Shown piece after piece: positions 24,001 to 39,000 of a stretch of 64,000 bases of DNA. The position numbers were made by a program, and so were the translations under genes. The first letter of the stretch is position 1, and every line of letters starts with the position of its first letter. This stretch comes from Ascidiella aspersa (Eukaryota). Where the stretch lies: positions 7,068,001-7,132,000 of the forward strand of contig OZ004610.1 of assembly GCA_963924565.1 (NCBI GenBank), written 5' to 3'. Under the pieces are notes generated by a model, which did not search any database, was not told the origin of the DNA, and worked only from the letters and a program-made list of their open reading frames with translations.

Positions 24001-27000
24001 GCAATATGCCTATCCCGAAACGTTTAAGCCTCGCTTGACGCAGCAGTTCTTTAAAGTGCCTAAGTTGCCCATGGCTTACCTTGATTTTGTCCGAGTTGTA
24101 AAAGCTTGATTTTTACTTACTATCCTGTTGCACTTTAATTTACTTATCATTGTCTCAGAGTTACGTTACACGTGACTATGTGTGTGTTTAGGCGAAACGA
24201 AAAGATCGCTATTAGGGATGACCAATATTTGGCATTTTATTCTGATAACGAGACCCGATATTTTGGACTAAATCTAAAAGTATCACGATGCGATCCGATC
24301 CGATCCGATCCGATACTGAATGAATTCACTGATGTGCCCAAACAAGAAAAACAACTGAAATAAAAACCTTCAAACGGATTTTTCGGACGAGTACCGATAC
24401 TACCACATGACATCAGGTTTAGGCTCCGATCCGATATTATCGTGGCATCAGGTATCGGCTCCGATCCGATATTATTATATATTACTGGACATCTCTAATC
24501 CCTATTATTTTAATTTGAGGCAGTTTCTTAACGTTTGTATGTGATTTAGGCTGCACTGGTTTCTGAACTAAACGAAAGATGACATTACTGTTGAATGCAA
24601 AAGTTTTAATGTCTTATTTAGCTGCGAGCGATTGAATGACATTTTGGTTATTGAGTTTTGTAAGATATTTCTCTTTACCTCTACGCTAGATACACATGGA
24701 AAAGACTGTTTTATTGGGCTGGTATTTTTAAATAGAATTCATGACATTTATTCTTATTTTAAGAACCAACAAAAAATGTGCAACTTTTATGGAACGAAAC
24801 GATCGGTTGTGTTATTACACTGTTTTACTACCTTTGCTAATATTTTGTTGTTATTGCAAATGATGTGCTGCAGTCCGCCAGATGAAATATTAATTGAATT
24901 ATTTCCTTGCCTGCCTGATTCAAATAATCGATTTGTAATACCCTGTCTTCTAAGTCTTTGAACTTGTCACGTCTTAAAATTCCATGAAATGCCACAAGAA
25001 AGTGCCATTTTCGAGGGTTTACACAATACGGTAAACACACTTTCGGTTTCCAAAGGGTAAACCCTCCAAAAAAGTAGCTTATACAATATACCCTAGTCTT
25101 TAACTTGCATTAAACCATTACCACAATTTAAAAAAAAAATAAAAAAAAGCCTGGAAAACTCATTCAAAGCCCGGTTTTCTTTTCAATATCGAGGCATACC
25201 GTACATATTGTATCTCATCGTCTTATCACAACAGCAAAATCCGCGCATAGATCTTCTCGGCTCGCCGAAATAACCTTGTCCTCCAAAAACGAAATGCTCG
25301 AAGCGAGACAAACGAAAACAATTCGCGGCCAAGCGCCTCTCAGTCTGAAGAGGTCCAACCAAAGTCGAAATTTCGATTTTAAAGCTATAGGTTTTTTTCT
25401 CCACGAAGCACTTGAACGCGAATCATTCTCAGCTTTTCGGTAAATGACATGACGAGTTTAGTAGGTAGGTGAAATAACACATTTCCACATATGGCTTTGG
25501 TATTTGCCTAAACCCATTTGTTTTTCACACTAAGATGTAATGCGTTAAGTGGTATGGTCATTTAGTCATTTAAAATAAATCTCTTCATGTTTTTAATAAT
25601 AAACCTGATTCATTTATTAGCCCGCCAGTCACGAAATAGTTTCAAGTATAATATCTTAGATGTATGTTTTGCCGACGATGGCTTTTTTTGGAATTCTGCT
25701 GATCGACTTTTTGTTTACGTGCCTGCTAGTTGTTAGCTTAATTTATAACAAGGACGCCTCTGATGTGTTAACCTAAAAACAAAACATAGACCGATATATT
25801 TTACCGCTAACAACTAGCAATAGTTTCTATTGATATATCGTTATCGCTAAATTCGGGTCGACATTTTACTACATTTTTCCCTAAAGACCAACAATTTTTT
25901 AGTTTTGTTTTGCGTCATGCTAGGTTGATTTCGATTTTATTTAATTACATTGAAATTTTTACCATATCCCAGATATATGTAAATCAGGTAACGATTGGCA
26001 AAAACGTAAAAAATCGGTCATCGACATCGTTCCAAAAAGTGATAATGGTCGAATCTTTTAACAACTCCTAAATAAGTTAGCCGTGGGAAAAACTAAATCG
26101 TCCACCTAAAGGAAATATCTGTCGTTTCATATCCATCATAGCCATTCGAAGAACTGGATTCCGCCTGAGTTTTTTTCAACCATATCAATTGTGCGCTCTT
26201 GTTTTTTAGGACACAACGGTGGCGACTATGAAAGGCAGTCCAGAAGCCTGGATTCAACGAGGCTTAAGGAACGACACGCAATCCTAAAAACAACTAAAGG
26301 TAGGTGGCCGTTTTTACATAGACGAATCGTAATTTGCAAAAGCCCTTTTCATGAAAAATGATATATTGCTTTCACAACGTTAAATATTATGCGACGGAAA
26401 TCATGAAGCAGTGTTGTACACGCATTTTTTTTATGAGAAACTTGGCTCAAGCCGAGTACTAAAAGTTTTGTTAAATTGTTACCATTTTAAGCCAATCTAG
26501 AGGGCGTGGCCGCAAAAATTTTTTCGGGGGAGTACCCACGGACCCCCCAATATTTCGGCTCTCTAAACTCGCCTGCGGTCTATGTTGCTTACCAAAAAAG
26601 TCGCCGCCCTTGCCCTGAAATCGCTTCGGCGTCCCTGAGTGCAGGTTGGCAGTAAGTATCCAATTATGGCCATGGTAAGTTATTACCGCTGTTAAAGAGA
26701 AATTTCCTCCCAAAAACATTGTAGTTTTACCCGTTTTGAAACGGGAAAGAAGTATAACATGTGGTATTCTGTTGTTTGTTTGCACCCCTGTCCTACGAAT
26801 ATTTTTAAAGCCTGGATTTTATTCCCCCCCAGTTGACTGAGACTGGCGATCAAATGTCCCTTTATGGGTAATGGCTCCCTTCTAACGTTGTTTTCGTGCT
26901 TCGTGTGCGATATTTGCATGAATACGAAATAGAAAAGGAAAACAGCGCGTTTCAAGCGGCTATACATATTTAAACCAGGGTTTCCCAAACTGTGGTCCGC

Positions 27001-30000
27001 GGACCACTGGTGTTCCGCGACGACTGCACAGGTGGTCCGTGGCGATATGATAATTAAAAAGTTACACATATATATTGTACAGCAGGGGTCGACAACTTAC
27101 GGCCCGTAATTTATGTAATTTATCCTACCAACTAAACACGAGTCCATTTCTCATACTTTTTGACTATTTTAACTATGTAAGTGCGAAAATTTTTCGCGCT
27201 TTGCGTTAACGATCTTTATACATCAGGCATCACGTTATGATGCTGTCATTTGAAATAGATTAGCGCTTCTTGCGCTGAGGAAAACTGACTGCCTAGTGCC
27301 AAAGTGCGTCGCGTTCCAACGGAAAACGTGTTCAAAAATATTGGACATAATTTTTTTATTTTTAATTTTAGAAATGTAATAAATATTGCAAGAAATTTGA
27401 AAGAAATGCCCGTATACCCCCTAAAAAATCGCTCTCGCTTCGCTCGCCAGGTGCGCCCGGTCTTGAATACAGTATGTTGACAAACACTGAACTAGATTAA
27501 CCATTAAGGTTATCGCGTTTTCTCAAAGTGGTTTTATTACACTTTTCAATATGAATAACGAAGTGTGGACTCGAATTTTGAACCTAACATATGCTTTTTG
27601 TCCCGCTTTGCGCCAACACTTTACTGCCTCCTAAAAAGTAACTAAACACGATTTTAAGTGCAAAAACATATCCGAAGCCCGCCTGATAACAGTTGTTCTA
27701 ACATTTTAATAACGTAATTCTTAGTTAACATTTTGTGCGGCCCGCAGAGACCTTTTTGAGTTTGGTTTTGGCCCACGACTAGAAAAAGGTTGCCGACCCC
27801 CGTTGTACAGCATGTGTACTCTTTCAAAAATAATTAAATTGCCGCAGTTATTCACAACTTTGATCTCGAAAGCGTTTGCTATCCAGTATCGTAATTCTTA
27901 CGTGTTGCGCTTTGAATTTATGATAAATTAATGATTTAAGCAGAGAGAAGCAATCCCATTCGTCCCATTGATGTTGGCAGTTTTGTAAATATATAAAATT
28001 TGTTTTTATTTATTTTTTGCTTTGTATTGCGGTCCGCGAAAAAATAGATTCACAAATAGTGGTCCGTGGTCCAAAATAATTTGGGAAACCCTGATTTAAA
28101 CAACTATAAAAAATGGCGCACGTATTAAAAACTGGGATATAGTGTCTGCAAAAATTCTTCTAATCATTCGGGTTAAACTCGGCTATACTCGACTACAAAA
28201 ACGCATGTGGCACAGAGTACAATTTTTTATTGTACTTAGGAAAGCAGCATTGAGGGGCTTGCCACGGTATGATCCCCCCTCCCCAGGCCCGGTACACCGT
28301 CGAAATGATTGCCAGAACTTGCGCGGGGCGACGTCTTTGCCATTGTTGTCGTTCCGGGCCGCTAAACCGTCTTGCCTTGGGCGACGGGCTTTTGTCTATC
28401 TGACCCTGTTAAGTCAAGCGATCTGTCACGCATGGTTTAAAAGATTACGATTTGACTGATGGTGCCGGTTCTGTTCTGGCCGAACATTGTCACAAGTTTC
28501 ACATATCAAACGGCATAACTTTAGGTGCAAAACCTTAGCCTTCACTTACTGCAAGTTTGCCCATCTGTCTCGAAAGCAAATCACTATTACAAATGCAATA
28601 ACAAGGTCGGAATAGGAAGTAGTCTAATTTTTAAATGGCTGATTACAGTGTTTTCAACAGGCTTCCAGCATTTTATTGTTTTCGAAGAGACCTTTAATAT
28701 AAACCCAGCTGTGCATAAGTCTGAAGGTTTGTTTTCACTATGCACCCATCCCCGTGTGCCAATATATTTTCAATTTTCTGATCGCGAATTCGTTTTATTT
28801 TGACAGATGTTTTTTGCAGCCCGCACAGTTAAGGTTACAATACTGTCTAAGGCTTTGACATCAACGGGTAAATAGGCGTCCAGACTGTCCCTATTAAGGG
28901 TTTTGTTTTAACCAACAGAGTCAAGTTTTGTGTTTGCATTGCAGCGCTTGTCTTTCTGTCACCTAGTTAAAATTTCAATATACAAAATTCAATACCCATA
29001 AATAGCAAGGTGCAAATCCCCGCCGGCGGTTTTGTAATGTTAAACATGTACTTGTAACTGTTGTGAGACTTGTATGTATGGAAGTAAATCGTTAGACGTC
29101 GTATTGAGCAAACAAAAAATGTGACAAGTGTGTTACATTCCCAGTTTGCCAGCCCTAGAATCGAGTATAGTCAATCCTCTAATAGTGCTCTCTAATATAA
29201 ACTACAAATATTTCTTTAAACTTTGTCGTATAATAAAAATTACCATTTCTTGCCGAAATACATTTTATTTTCTGCTCTCTAATTTGAAACTATTCCATAA
29301 TTGTGCAGAACAAACTTGGCCCTTGTATCGAAAATCAGCTTTCAGTTAAATATCTTACATGTTGCAGTGTTATTTTACTTTTAGCTGGCGTTTTATCCCA
29401 CCTCGCGGAAAACTTACTAAACCCCTACCACCGCACGTTGGCGGTACAGAGCCTTGTTAGCATAGATCAACGCACGCGGAATAATGGTTTATTTGCAAAA
29501 ACTCGCTGCTTTTGCTCAAAAGTATTACAATTACTGAATTCCAGCGCGAATCTTTACCGCTTACTTATGGCGTTCGAAGTAATAAAGCCGTCGGTTCTGC
29601 GAAATACACTTGCTTCTGTCAGTCTGCGATATTTTCTCAAGACGAGTCAGCCTCGCAAGATCACATCTGAATAAGGAGTGATTAACGTCATGCTCATATT
29701 TAGGTCGAGAGCTGTTCAACGGTAAAATTGATCGCGTTTAGTTACACTTCAGCTCAGCAGAGCTTACATCAGTAAGCAATGTCGAGTAGTAATTCCCAAT
29801 GGTTGAAGAGAAATTTGTTCCCAAGTATTTATTAACCATCAAAATTATCCTTCTTGTAACGCTAAATTTGCAAAATATGACTTTATTGCTGTTTATAACG
29901 AAAACATCCAAATAAATGCCACTCTGAATTTAAAAAATAACCAAAAAGATCTTGATTTTTAACGTTTGGTTTTGCTCTAGGGTCTACCAACTTTTCCCTT

Positions 30001-33000
30001 CCCCACCCCAAACTCAAATGACTTGAGCGGCGAAAAATTTTTTTTGACTTGAGCGGCGAAAAGCAGTTTTTCTCGGATATCTTTGAAGTCATAAAGAATA
30101 ATTCAATTTTAGGTTAACCAGTTGGCATAAATAATAATAGCTGGGGTGCGTGACCTTGAGCGCTGATACCAAGGTCAAATATGTGGCCGATGAGGCTGAC
30201 TGTAGGGCCGTGGAACCTGCTTTTTTTCCGATGTTGTAAGTTACGTTAGCAGCATTGCACATACGCATGTAGGTTGCTTATCGCTATATCTGCGGTATCC
30301 CAAAAGGACTCCATTACTCCCTTTTCATGTCCCTGGAAAAAGCAGCAACAAATATGATTTGTAGAAAGTAACCCGCCCGCTTTGTATGTAAGTAATACCC
30401 TGCGTCGAGTGGCACACCGTCGCACCCGCTACTAATAGCGGCTTAACGCGTGACGTCGTAATTGCTTACACTTGGGTTAAAACCACCAGAACACGCCCTG
30501 AACCAGCTAACTTTCAACGAAGCGCGAATTGCGAGTCCCCCGCCCGCCAATTAACGCCCATCGCTCGTTTTGTTTCCGTGGTCCGGTTGGCGTTCCCACC
30601 GAATGAACTGGACCTATGCCCTTTTGTTCGAGGTGCTATACGCGTCAGCCTGCCCGGCCGTGTTCGCCAGCGGTATAGGATCGTTGTACTAGCTCGGATA
30701 ATTGGCGCCCAGACCCGGAAGCAACACCCGTTCCGGATATTAAACGGTTTAAAGAGTTCATCCGGTTAAACGCTGTTCAAGGTCATTGAACAAGTCATTT
30801 TGAAATGACTTAAGTCTTACAATTACAATCAAGTAATCTGAATAATAGATTTAGTTCAAGCCAAGTATTTTTGCAAAAATAACCAGCAAAGTCCCGGTCC
30901 AAGTTATCAATTGCCCAAGTCAAGTCATAATTAAAGCAAGTTCCAGATAAAATCATTAACATATTAATAACCATTAAAATTCATAAGTTCGTCCGTTTAT
31001 TATGAGCAACATCTAAACTAAAAAAAATAGCAACAATGCAACCTATAGCAATCAAATTGTTTTACGTGCAAATTTGAGATAGTTAACCCAATTAAATTAC
31101 AATATATTAAAAGAAAACACCTAATCTACGTTATTCGACACAATGACTGAAGTCCAGGTCAAGCCATTTGTCCAAAAGATTTAAGTCAAGTCAAGGTATT
31201 TTACCCAAAAGCTTTAGGCCAATTCAACAACACTGTTAAAGTCGAAATGGCTTTAACTAGCTTGTACAAAAACATTGCATAGCGCTTAGAGACTTTTTTA
31301 ATAGACAGAACAAAACCTAGCATGGTTAATAGAACAGCTAAATGCCGTATGACATATAGTTGGTCTCAACCTGTGGCACGCAAATAGCTGCCAGATGCAA
31401 GGGAAGCCTATATTAGTCTACTGTGGGGTTACGAATTTATCTAAGTGTACTGCACTTTTTGTATGAAAAGATTTGGTCTTTTTGCAGCCAAGATGGCAGT
31501 AAACGAAAGATTTACGTTTAACATCTGGCATTTTACCGACAAATTGAGATTAAATAAAATGTGTAACAGCTGCTATTAAGCGGCTGTGAAAAACACACTA
31601 GTTGGGACGCGACAAAAAAAGTTTCATTTCAGAAAAAACACCTTTTTTCGGTTTCTCTAATCGGGGCTGCAAGTTACATATCTCGGAAAACAACCGGATT
31701 CTACCGTTATTGTGCTACATACGCCCGCAGGTAACACGGCCGACCTATGTTCTAATCTTGCATCATCACACCACCACTTGCCCCCTCAACGCCCACGCGC
31801 TCCCTGAACAATGGCGCTACTATTATGACGTAACAAGTCACGCGCCACCATGCTCGGGTGCCCTTTGCCTTGCACAGTCTGCGGAATGTGGTGTAACCTT
31901 TTGCGGCGACCTGCCTTACAGGATTGTAGTGAATTGCTTCTAGTTTGTGAATATTGAGTTGTCTGGCATGTTAAGCCGGACTTGCTGCAATGTCCTGATA
32001 GATCTATAATATCGGCCGATATTGCACTACTACCGATATACAGGTATCGGTAGGTAGGTAAACGGAATGTATTTCTAATATATCTTGAAATAAATAAAGT
32101 TACTGCTGGATCTCAGCTGTATTAAAAAAATCGCCTATCGGCATCTGTCTACAAGAGTGACATCGATCGGCTTCCAAATTATGTGTCCCCGATAGGTTAA
32201 ATGGCTCAGAGCTTTGGCGGTCAGAATGTCAGATAGTGGTTCTCAATAATTGATCACCCGGCTGATCATATCAAATTATTTAAGTAATGCTGGAGGCAAA
32301 ACTTTTCAAAGACCCTTCTACCTGGGTAGGATTTCTGAAATATCGTCTTAGTTAGGTAATGGGCGCGCATTGGATCAACGAAGATGGATCTTGTCGCGGG
32401 TTTCGCCTTTTTACTCGCCTGACCGCGCAAATTACCCCAGGGCCCATCGGTATCTAATCCATCGTTTACTTTTCAAAAAGTGGTTTTGTCGATTAGCCGC
32501 GGGTTCGACAACATAAAACTTACTCAAAAACAAGAGAATTCTTCTACAAAAAAAAATTATGTCTTGTGCTGTATTCATTGTTTCCTTCTTTTATTTATTT
32601 ATTCCTTCCGCAACATACGACACCAATGGTATAAACAAATTAACTTATAACGTTTGTTGGTGCTCGTCGATTAATTCGCTTTACTCGTCGTTCGACTTGA
32701 TATGAGTAAAGATCTCCGCTAGCAGTAATTTTCTTGCGCTTTTCGCTTTGCCAAGTCACGTTTTTGCACCGAGCAATGAAAACGTTAACACTACTTGGTC
32801 CCAACCTAATTTTCGCGCCACACTTGAGCACACTTCCTCGATCTTATTGTCGCACGATAAGGCAGAAAACCCGGGCCAAATCACGGCAATCGAATTCACG
32901 CGGCGTCTGGGCGAAAGGTGAAAAAATCCTGCGAAACGAAACACCCCAGTCGTAACCCCGAGCCAGTTAAATGTCATCGGGGCGCGTTTCAGGTTTCCGT

Positions 33001-36000
33001 CAGTTGCATTTCGAGCGAAACCTTAGCCTAATTGACCCCGGGACGGCTTGCGTGTCGCGCTATGCCGTTGCTAGCGACTGAAACCGGATTCGAGCAAAAC
33101 ACACGATTTTTTTTCGCTTCTTGCAAACCGCGTGTACAAGCGCTTCGTATCGGCTGCAGACGCCAGGCTGCGTTTGGACTTTAGAGTGTGTTGCAGCGAC
33201 TGTTTTATACGTGAGCCTGTGGTTGTCTGAATTTCGGGCTTTCTGTAACCTGCGAATGTCGATTTTTTGCAAAAAAGGGGGGAAATGAGGTAAATACAAT
33301 TATTTAATTTTTCGTTTTCGGGCTTTCTGTAAACCTGCGAATGTTATTTTTTGATAAAAAAAAGGGGGAAATAAGGAAAATCAACAATTTATTTTTTTTT
33401 GTTTGTGCATTTTGGTTCTGTACATTTTAGCCTTTGACGCACTTTAAATATATTGAGGCACAATTTCTACATTTCACTACAATTATAACTTAACCCGCAT
33501 CACACGGCAAGGCAAAAGGTAAATGCCATAAAATTTTCACTTATTTATTTATCCGTTACAAAATAACTTTTGTAGTCTCGCATGCTTACCCTGCATATCT
33601 AATCGTAACACGAAGGGGTTATTTTCCAGAATTACATACCGTTTCGCGGCACATTTAGAATCTCTTGATGCCAACAGTTTAAAAACCACTGGCTAAGATC
33701 CAACAACAATTAAATTAATGCCACTTCAATACTTACCGTATGTGTTATTGCAACCTGTCGCACTTTCTCTGGAACTTAAGGAAAAAATATCGTTTTTTAC
33801 TTCTTAAACTTTGTAAAATTTACAAAGGGTTGTTAAAAGTTACAAAGGCACTAACAAAACAAGAAAATTAGGAGTTGCTGTCGGCCGTTTTATGTGTACT
33901 TTCTGAGTCCTGACTGCAAGGCAGTGGCTCATGTAAATGAGAGAGTGTAAAACACGAATTCAACAACTTACATTTCCGCTTTTGCACGTTACGGGCGTAC
34001 ACCACTACACCGACCGAGCCCACACCTCGACTGGCTAGGATTTATTGACCGCATTTTTTGCCTATACATATGAAAGACATTGCCATTTTTGATCTACTGA
34101 TACTGGTACAGTTTATGGCCTACGAAATTCTCTATCTGCTATCGAATGTGGCGCCTTGAAACGCGTTTGTAAATAACAATATAAACTCTCTGATTTTAAG
34201 TGATCTACTAATATAATCTTACCGGGAAAGGAAACATTCTAACCTTTAAGCCATATCTTAATATATATGCCTTCAAGGGTACCTCTGGACTATTATGACA
34301 ATTTTTTTACGCTTTGCTTTTTACATATTTTTTTTCTCTCGGTGAAAAACTAACCGTCAATTTGAAAAATAATTGCAATAAACAGATGTTCTTAAAAATT
34401 CACGAAAACCAAGATAATTTCGCCTCCTAATTAACGTTTGTCAGTATATTTCTTCTACGGCCTTATTTGGGTGTTCCAACCGAATAAAATTAACTCGCAC
34501 GTCGCCCACGATGAAAAAGAACCATCACAAGTCGATAAAATTACTTGGATTATTGCCTCCTTTTAAGTTAATACGTCAATCGATGCTTTGGGTTGTGACA
34601 GGTCAGGGCTAACAGTTTATTCCTAGACTCATATATATTTTCTCGGGAATTTGCTCGGAAAATAAACCTACTCTCCACAATTCCCCCCAAATAAAATAAA
34701 TGACGATAACTTATTTGAAGAAACCCGAAGTGGACGGTCAAAACCCATTTTAAAAAAAACAATATTTTAAAGAGGAATACGGCAAATTTGTACGAAATCG
34801 TGAAAGCAAGTCGATAAAAAAGATTAATCTGGTTGTTTTTTGAAGTTAAAAAAGAAAAAAAGTCGAAAAATTTGCAAAAAAGAATCGTAAACAGGAAGCC
34901 TTTTTTCACGTTGCAACATCTCTAGGACAGGATCGCGATCCAAATAGCAGCAGCCTCAAGCACTAGTCTCGCAGCAGCCGCGCGGCGCGTTCGCTGTTCG
35001 GCGGTTGTTTGCCTCCTGGCGCCGCGCCAGCTCACGTTCCGTCCGAGAGCGCGCGCGCCCATTGTGATGCAACAAGCAAGTTGCGCGCGACCGAGCCGAA
35101 AATTGCAGTCGGCGCGCCTCTACGCCGATTATGACGGCCGTCGAAGCGTTTCTCGGGCGCCGTTTGCCGCTTTTAGCCGACCGAGCGCCCTTTGGCGCTA
35201 TTTTTTTGCGCGATAAAAGAGACTGAGCCAAGTCGGGCACTTGCTGTAGTGGCTGCTGTTGTTATCTGCGGCCTCCCCGCTTTAACGAGCAGCGACAAAA
35301 CAAAATTTTACAATTTCGGGCCTAAAAGGATTCGGCAGGATTTGTTGGCCGACCGCATTGGTGTTTCTTTCACTTTACCTGTGCCGCAAAATTGCGCCAT
35401 GGTTCTATTTTTAAGCAGATCCGCCACTGCTGGTTCAAGATGGATTTTAAAACGTCAACCCTTTTCCAAAAGCTGCGCAAAGGTTTTTGCTAGAAGTTTA
35501 TGCCTAATGTAAATTAAAAAAACCTTACAATTTTTTGTCGCACTATGTAGGCACCAAAACCCCGGTAGCATTAGTGTCGTAATCCTGGTTACCAACCTCA
35601 ACTTAATCTATTTATATTCGCAAGGTAAGGTTTATTTGGCTTGTACGCCAAAGATGAATTGACTCTTGCCTTGGAATTACTGTTGTGAATTAAAGACCAA
35701 ACGCAAAGCCAAACCCAATTAACAACCTCAATTTACTCTATTTATATTTGCAATGAACAGTTTATTTCGCTTGTACGCCAAAGATGAATTGACTCTTGCC
35801 TTGGAATTACCCATTGTGAATTAAAGACCAAACACATGCACAAACCCACGCGCGTGTCCGAATGTCCGTATATATACTGTCGATGTAGGTTGCGTAGGCG
35901 TCGCAAGCCTCAAGTATCATATTCACATTGCAACGCAATATGCAGGAAACGCAGATGAATTGGATACATCCGGCTCGCGAGGTACCATTCGCCTGACGAC

Positions 36001-39000
36001 CTCGTGCGTTGTGCGTTAATGGTGGTGAAACCTTAGACTTCATAAACGTCAGCGATTATTTCTGCAAGATACGCGCTTCGGAATTACGTCATTCAGGCTA
36101 TGAAAAACGTGATGTAGAGCAGTGTTCCTTAAACCTGTGTTTTTTAACCGGTGGTCCGCTAGGATTATGACTAATATTCCTACGGTCGAAAATTGCTGGT
36201 TTACATAATGGACAAAGTAGCTTTTGTTTTATGCAATTAATTTATACACCACAAATTTAAATGTTCCATAGTGATTTGCCCTATTTATTTTGGTGTAATA
36301 ATTATTCATGATTGGAAATGCGTGGACAATGGGCATCTTGCTGCTTTAGCAAAATACAATACCAGTTTTGTGCTCATTCAAACAGGCGCAGATATTGCAC
36401 TAAGATAAACTGAATAAATAAATTGTTATTGTGTTGTTTATTTCTATGCGTAAAATATTCCGTTGCTCAACAAAGATGGAAAAACATGGCCTTAAACAAC
36501 ATAATGGTGTAGAAAAGCGTAGCTATATTTTTATTAACAGAGCATAATACATTAGCAATCTTAATAAATCTTTCTGTTTAAAAGCTTTACAGTCGGCGAC
36601 CTAACCAAATCAGACGACGGCCAAATTTTGCATTAAAAAACTCCGGTGTAGATGTGCAATAAGCTAAGCTGAGCATAGGCGGGAAATTACGCCAAGCCAT
36701 TTAAATTGCTGTCAAACTTTTACGAAGCCACCAAAACAAACACTTGGGTGTTTGGCCCAGCTGTTTGACAGGAAAGGAGAACAACTCTTGTATACAAATT
36801 ATGACTCGTTCCTTTTTCTCCACGGTTCTCTCGGCCATTGTTTTCTTTACACACTCCGGGCCCAACCCACAATGAAAAGCGCTATTAATAAAAGCGGCCA
36901 CGTCATGGTTTGACTGCTCCCGCAGAGAGCGGATTCGCTTCGATAAAATAAGGGAAGATCCTGTGGGTTACAATAAGACTTTCCCTTTTTTATTTTATTT
37001 GTAACCCAATAGTAACAATTGAAGCTTTGGGAACAGTTAGCTTTCGCTTTCGTCATTCGCTTTATACGAGCGCGGAACCTTTCGTTTAAGCCGCTTTTCT
37101 CCTTACCTTACCTTACCTTACCTTACCTTACCTGCTGTTCGGGAACTTGAGCCGAAAGTTTCGAAGTAAACGTCTTTGTAACGAACAGATTAATTTTAGG
37201 AAGTGGCCATTTGCCCGAATCGCTCTTTTACGCTTGCACCCGTACGTGGCTATGTAGTCAACCAACATACAATAAAACACAAAGTTTTAAAAGCCGACTA
37301 AGACCAGGATCAGACATGATTTAAAGGAATATATATTTCGCCTATACTGGCATTATCAGTTCCATATTAAAATGAGCATATGCAGTGATTTAGGTTAGGA
37401 TTTGAATAAGCGTTTTGGCTTGGGTGTTTGTGGTATTAGACTTTCCCGAGTTTTGGATAATCCCCATGCATTATTTCGAAATCGATTGAAATTACTTTGT
37501 TTGCCGGGTAAATAGTCTCAGAAAGTGCGGCTATTTGGCCGGATCGCTCTTTAAGTGATAATATGTCGATTGGAACTACTTTAGTGTCCGGGTATGTAGG
37601 CCCTTCCGTTTTTTTACTTCAGGGCTTCAAAGCAATCGCACAGCTCCCAAAAGTTTTATATCTCGTTTAAGGGACTGTAAAGATTTAATCGACTAGACAA
37701 ATATCGGAATACAGATATATTTATAGTACGTGTCCGGCGCCTTTCACTCTTCCAATGCAATGCAGTTAAGGCTTTGCTTTTTTGAAGGTTTGATGGTTGC
37801 GGTTAAGCGTGCCAGAAATTTTGTAGACTATTTACAGAAGCAAGGATTTTTTGCGTAGCGTTTAAAACGTTACATTTTTTTGCCCATTTTAACGTAATCT
37901 TAACTAATGAAGTACGTGCTCTTGTATTTCTTCTGCGATTCATATTTTTCCCAACTGCGTGTCGTGAAACCGTAACGCGTAAAGTTTGCGCTTTATTACG
38001 TCTGTATTCCTTTGACTGCTTTATAAGTTCAACGACCTCGTCTTATCAACCCTTGGCTGATGTTAAACAGTGACGTAACGTGTTGCGTCACCCGTTGTTT
38101 GTCGAGTCCGCCAACTGAAAACAGTTCGCCGGCATTTACAGCAGCGATTCGTCATCTAGACTTTAGCTCTTTTGAGATCATTATTTTTGACGGCACGCCG
38201 ATGAACTAAAGACGATACAACGGCCGGACGTTAAATTATCATATCCAGCCATTTAAAGTGAAAATGTTTAAGAACGGGTCACGTTTAGGAAACCGTTTCG
38301 TTTATCTGGTGAAACGTGTTTAATTGCTCAACCGAATATCTATTGTAAACGTTTACGCCATCGTTGCTACGATTCTCGGCATAAAATTAAATGTTATCTT
38401 TTATAATAAACAACTTTTAAAAACAGTGAAAAGCTTACAGCGTTCATTGGCATAATCGTAAATCTTAAAAATGTTTATTTTCTTAGTAAACTTAAATAAA
38501 ACATTATATTGGTGTATCAATAAAAAAATGTGTGTTATTTCAAAGTTGTCCGCATGTTTAGCGTTTTCTTAAATCGAACCTAATTTAAAAGTTAACCATG
38601 GCGCTTTTTTGACAAAATCACGTTTTTTGTTTTAAAAAATCCCTCCTGCGAGAATTTTTGTTTTAAAAAATCCCCCCTGCGAAACACATTAGCAACACTT
38701 CGACCGCTAGAAACACTCAATGTGCCCAGAGAGAATCTCAAGTGTGCCGCGCACCTTTTTGTTAATTTGGAAAATCACCCATTTGTATTACAAATATTTA
38801 TGCAAGACTCAATTGCACAATATCCATTTGATAACTGAGGATATTAAGAGGTTTACCTGGTGACTCGCGTGTATTAAGGACGATTGACAAGTTATGAAAT
38901 TGTAGCTTGGTAATGAATTGCAAAGCCAAAAAGGTCGTGTCGGTCGAAATGATCTTGATAAAGACGTTTCAATACGGGGCCGGGCTTGTATCATCTTCAG

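Noticed and set aside
24290-24475. Short repeats with spacers resembling a CRISPR array
   Set aside because: Eukaryotic context; these are internal CCGAT repeats of a TIR/TSD-bounded MITE.
25340-25385. CTGAAGAG...CGAAAT hammerhead-like spacing
   Set aside because: Stem I cannot form and stem II is weak.
37101-37133. Possible interstitial telomere repeat
   Set aside because: The unit is CCTTA/TAAGG, not CCTAA/TTAGG or CCCTAA.
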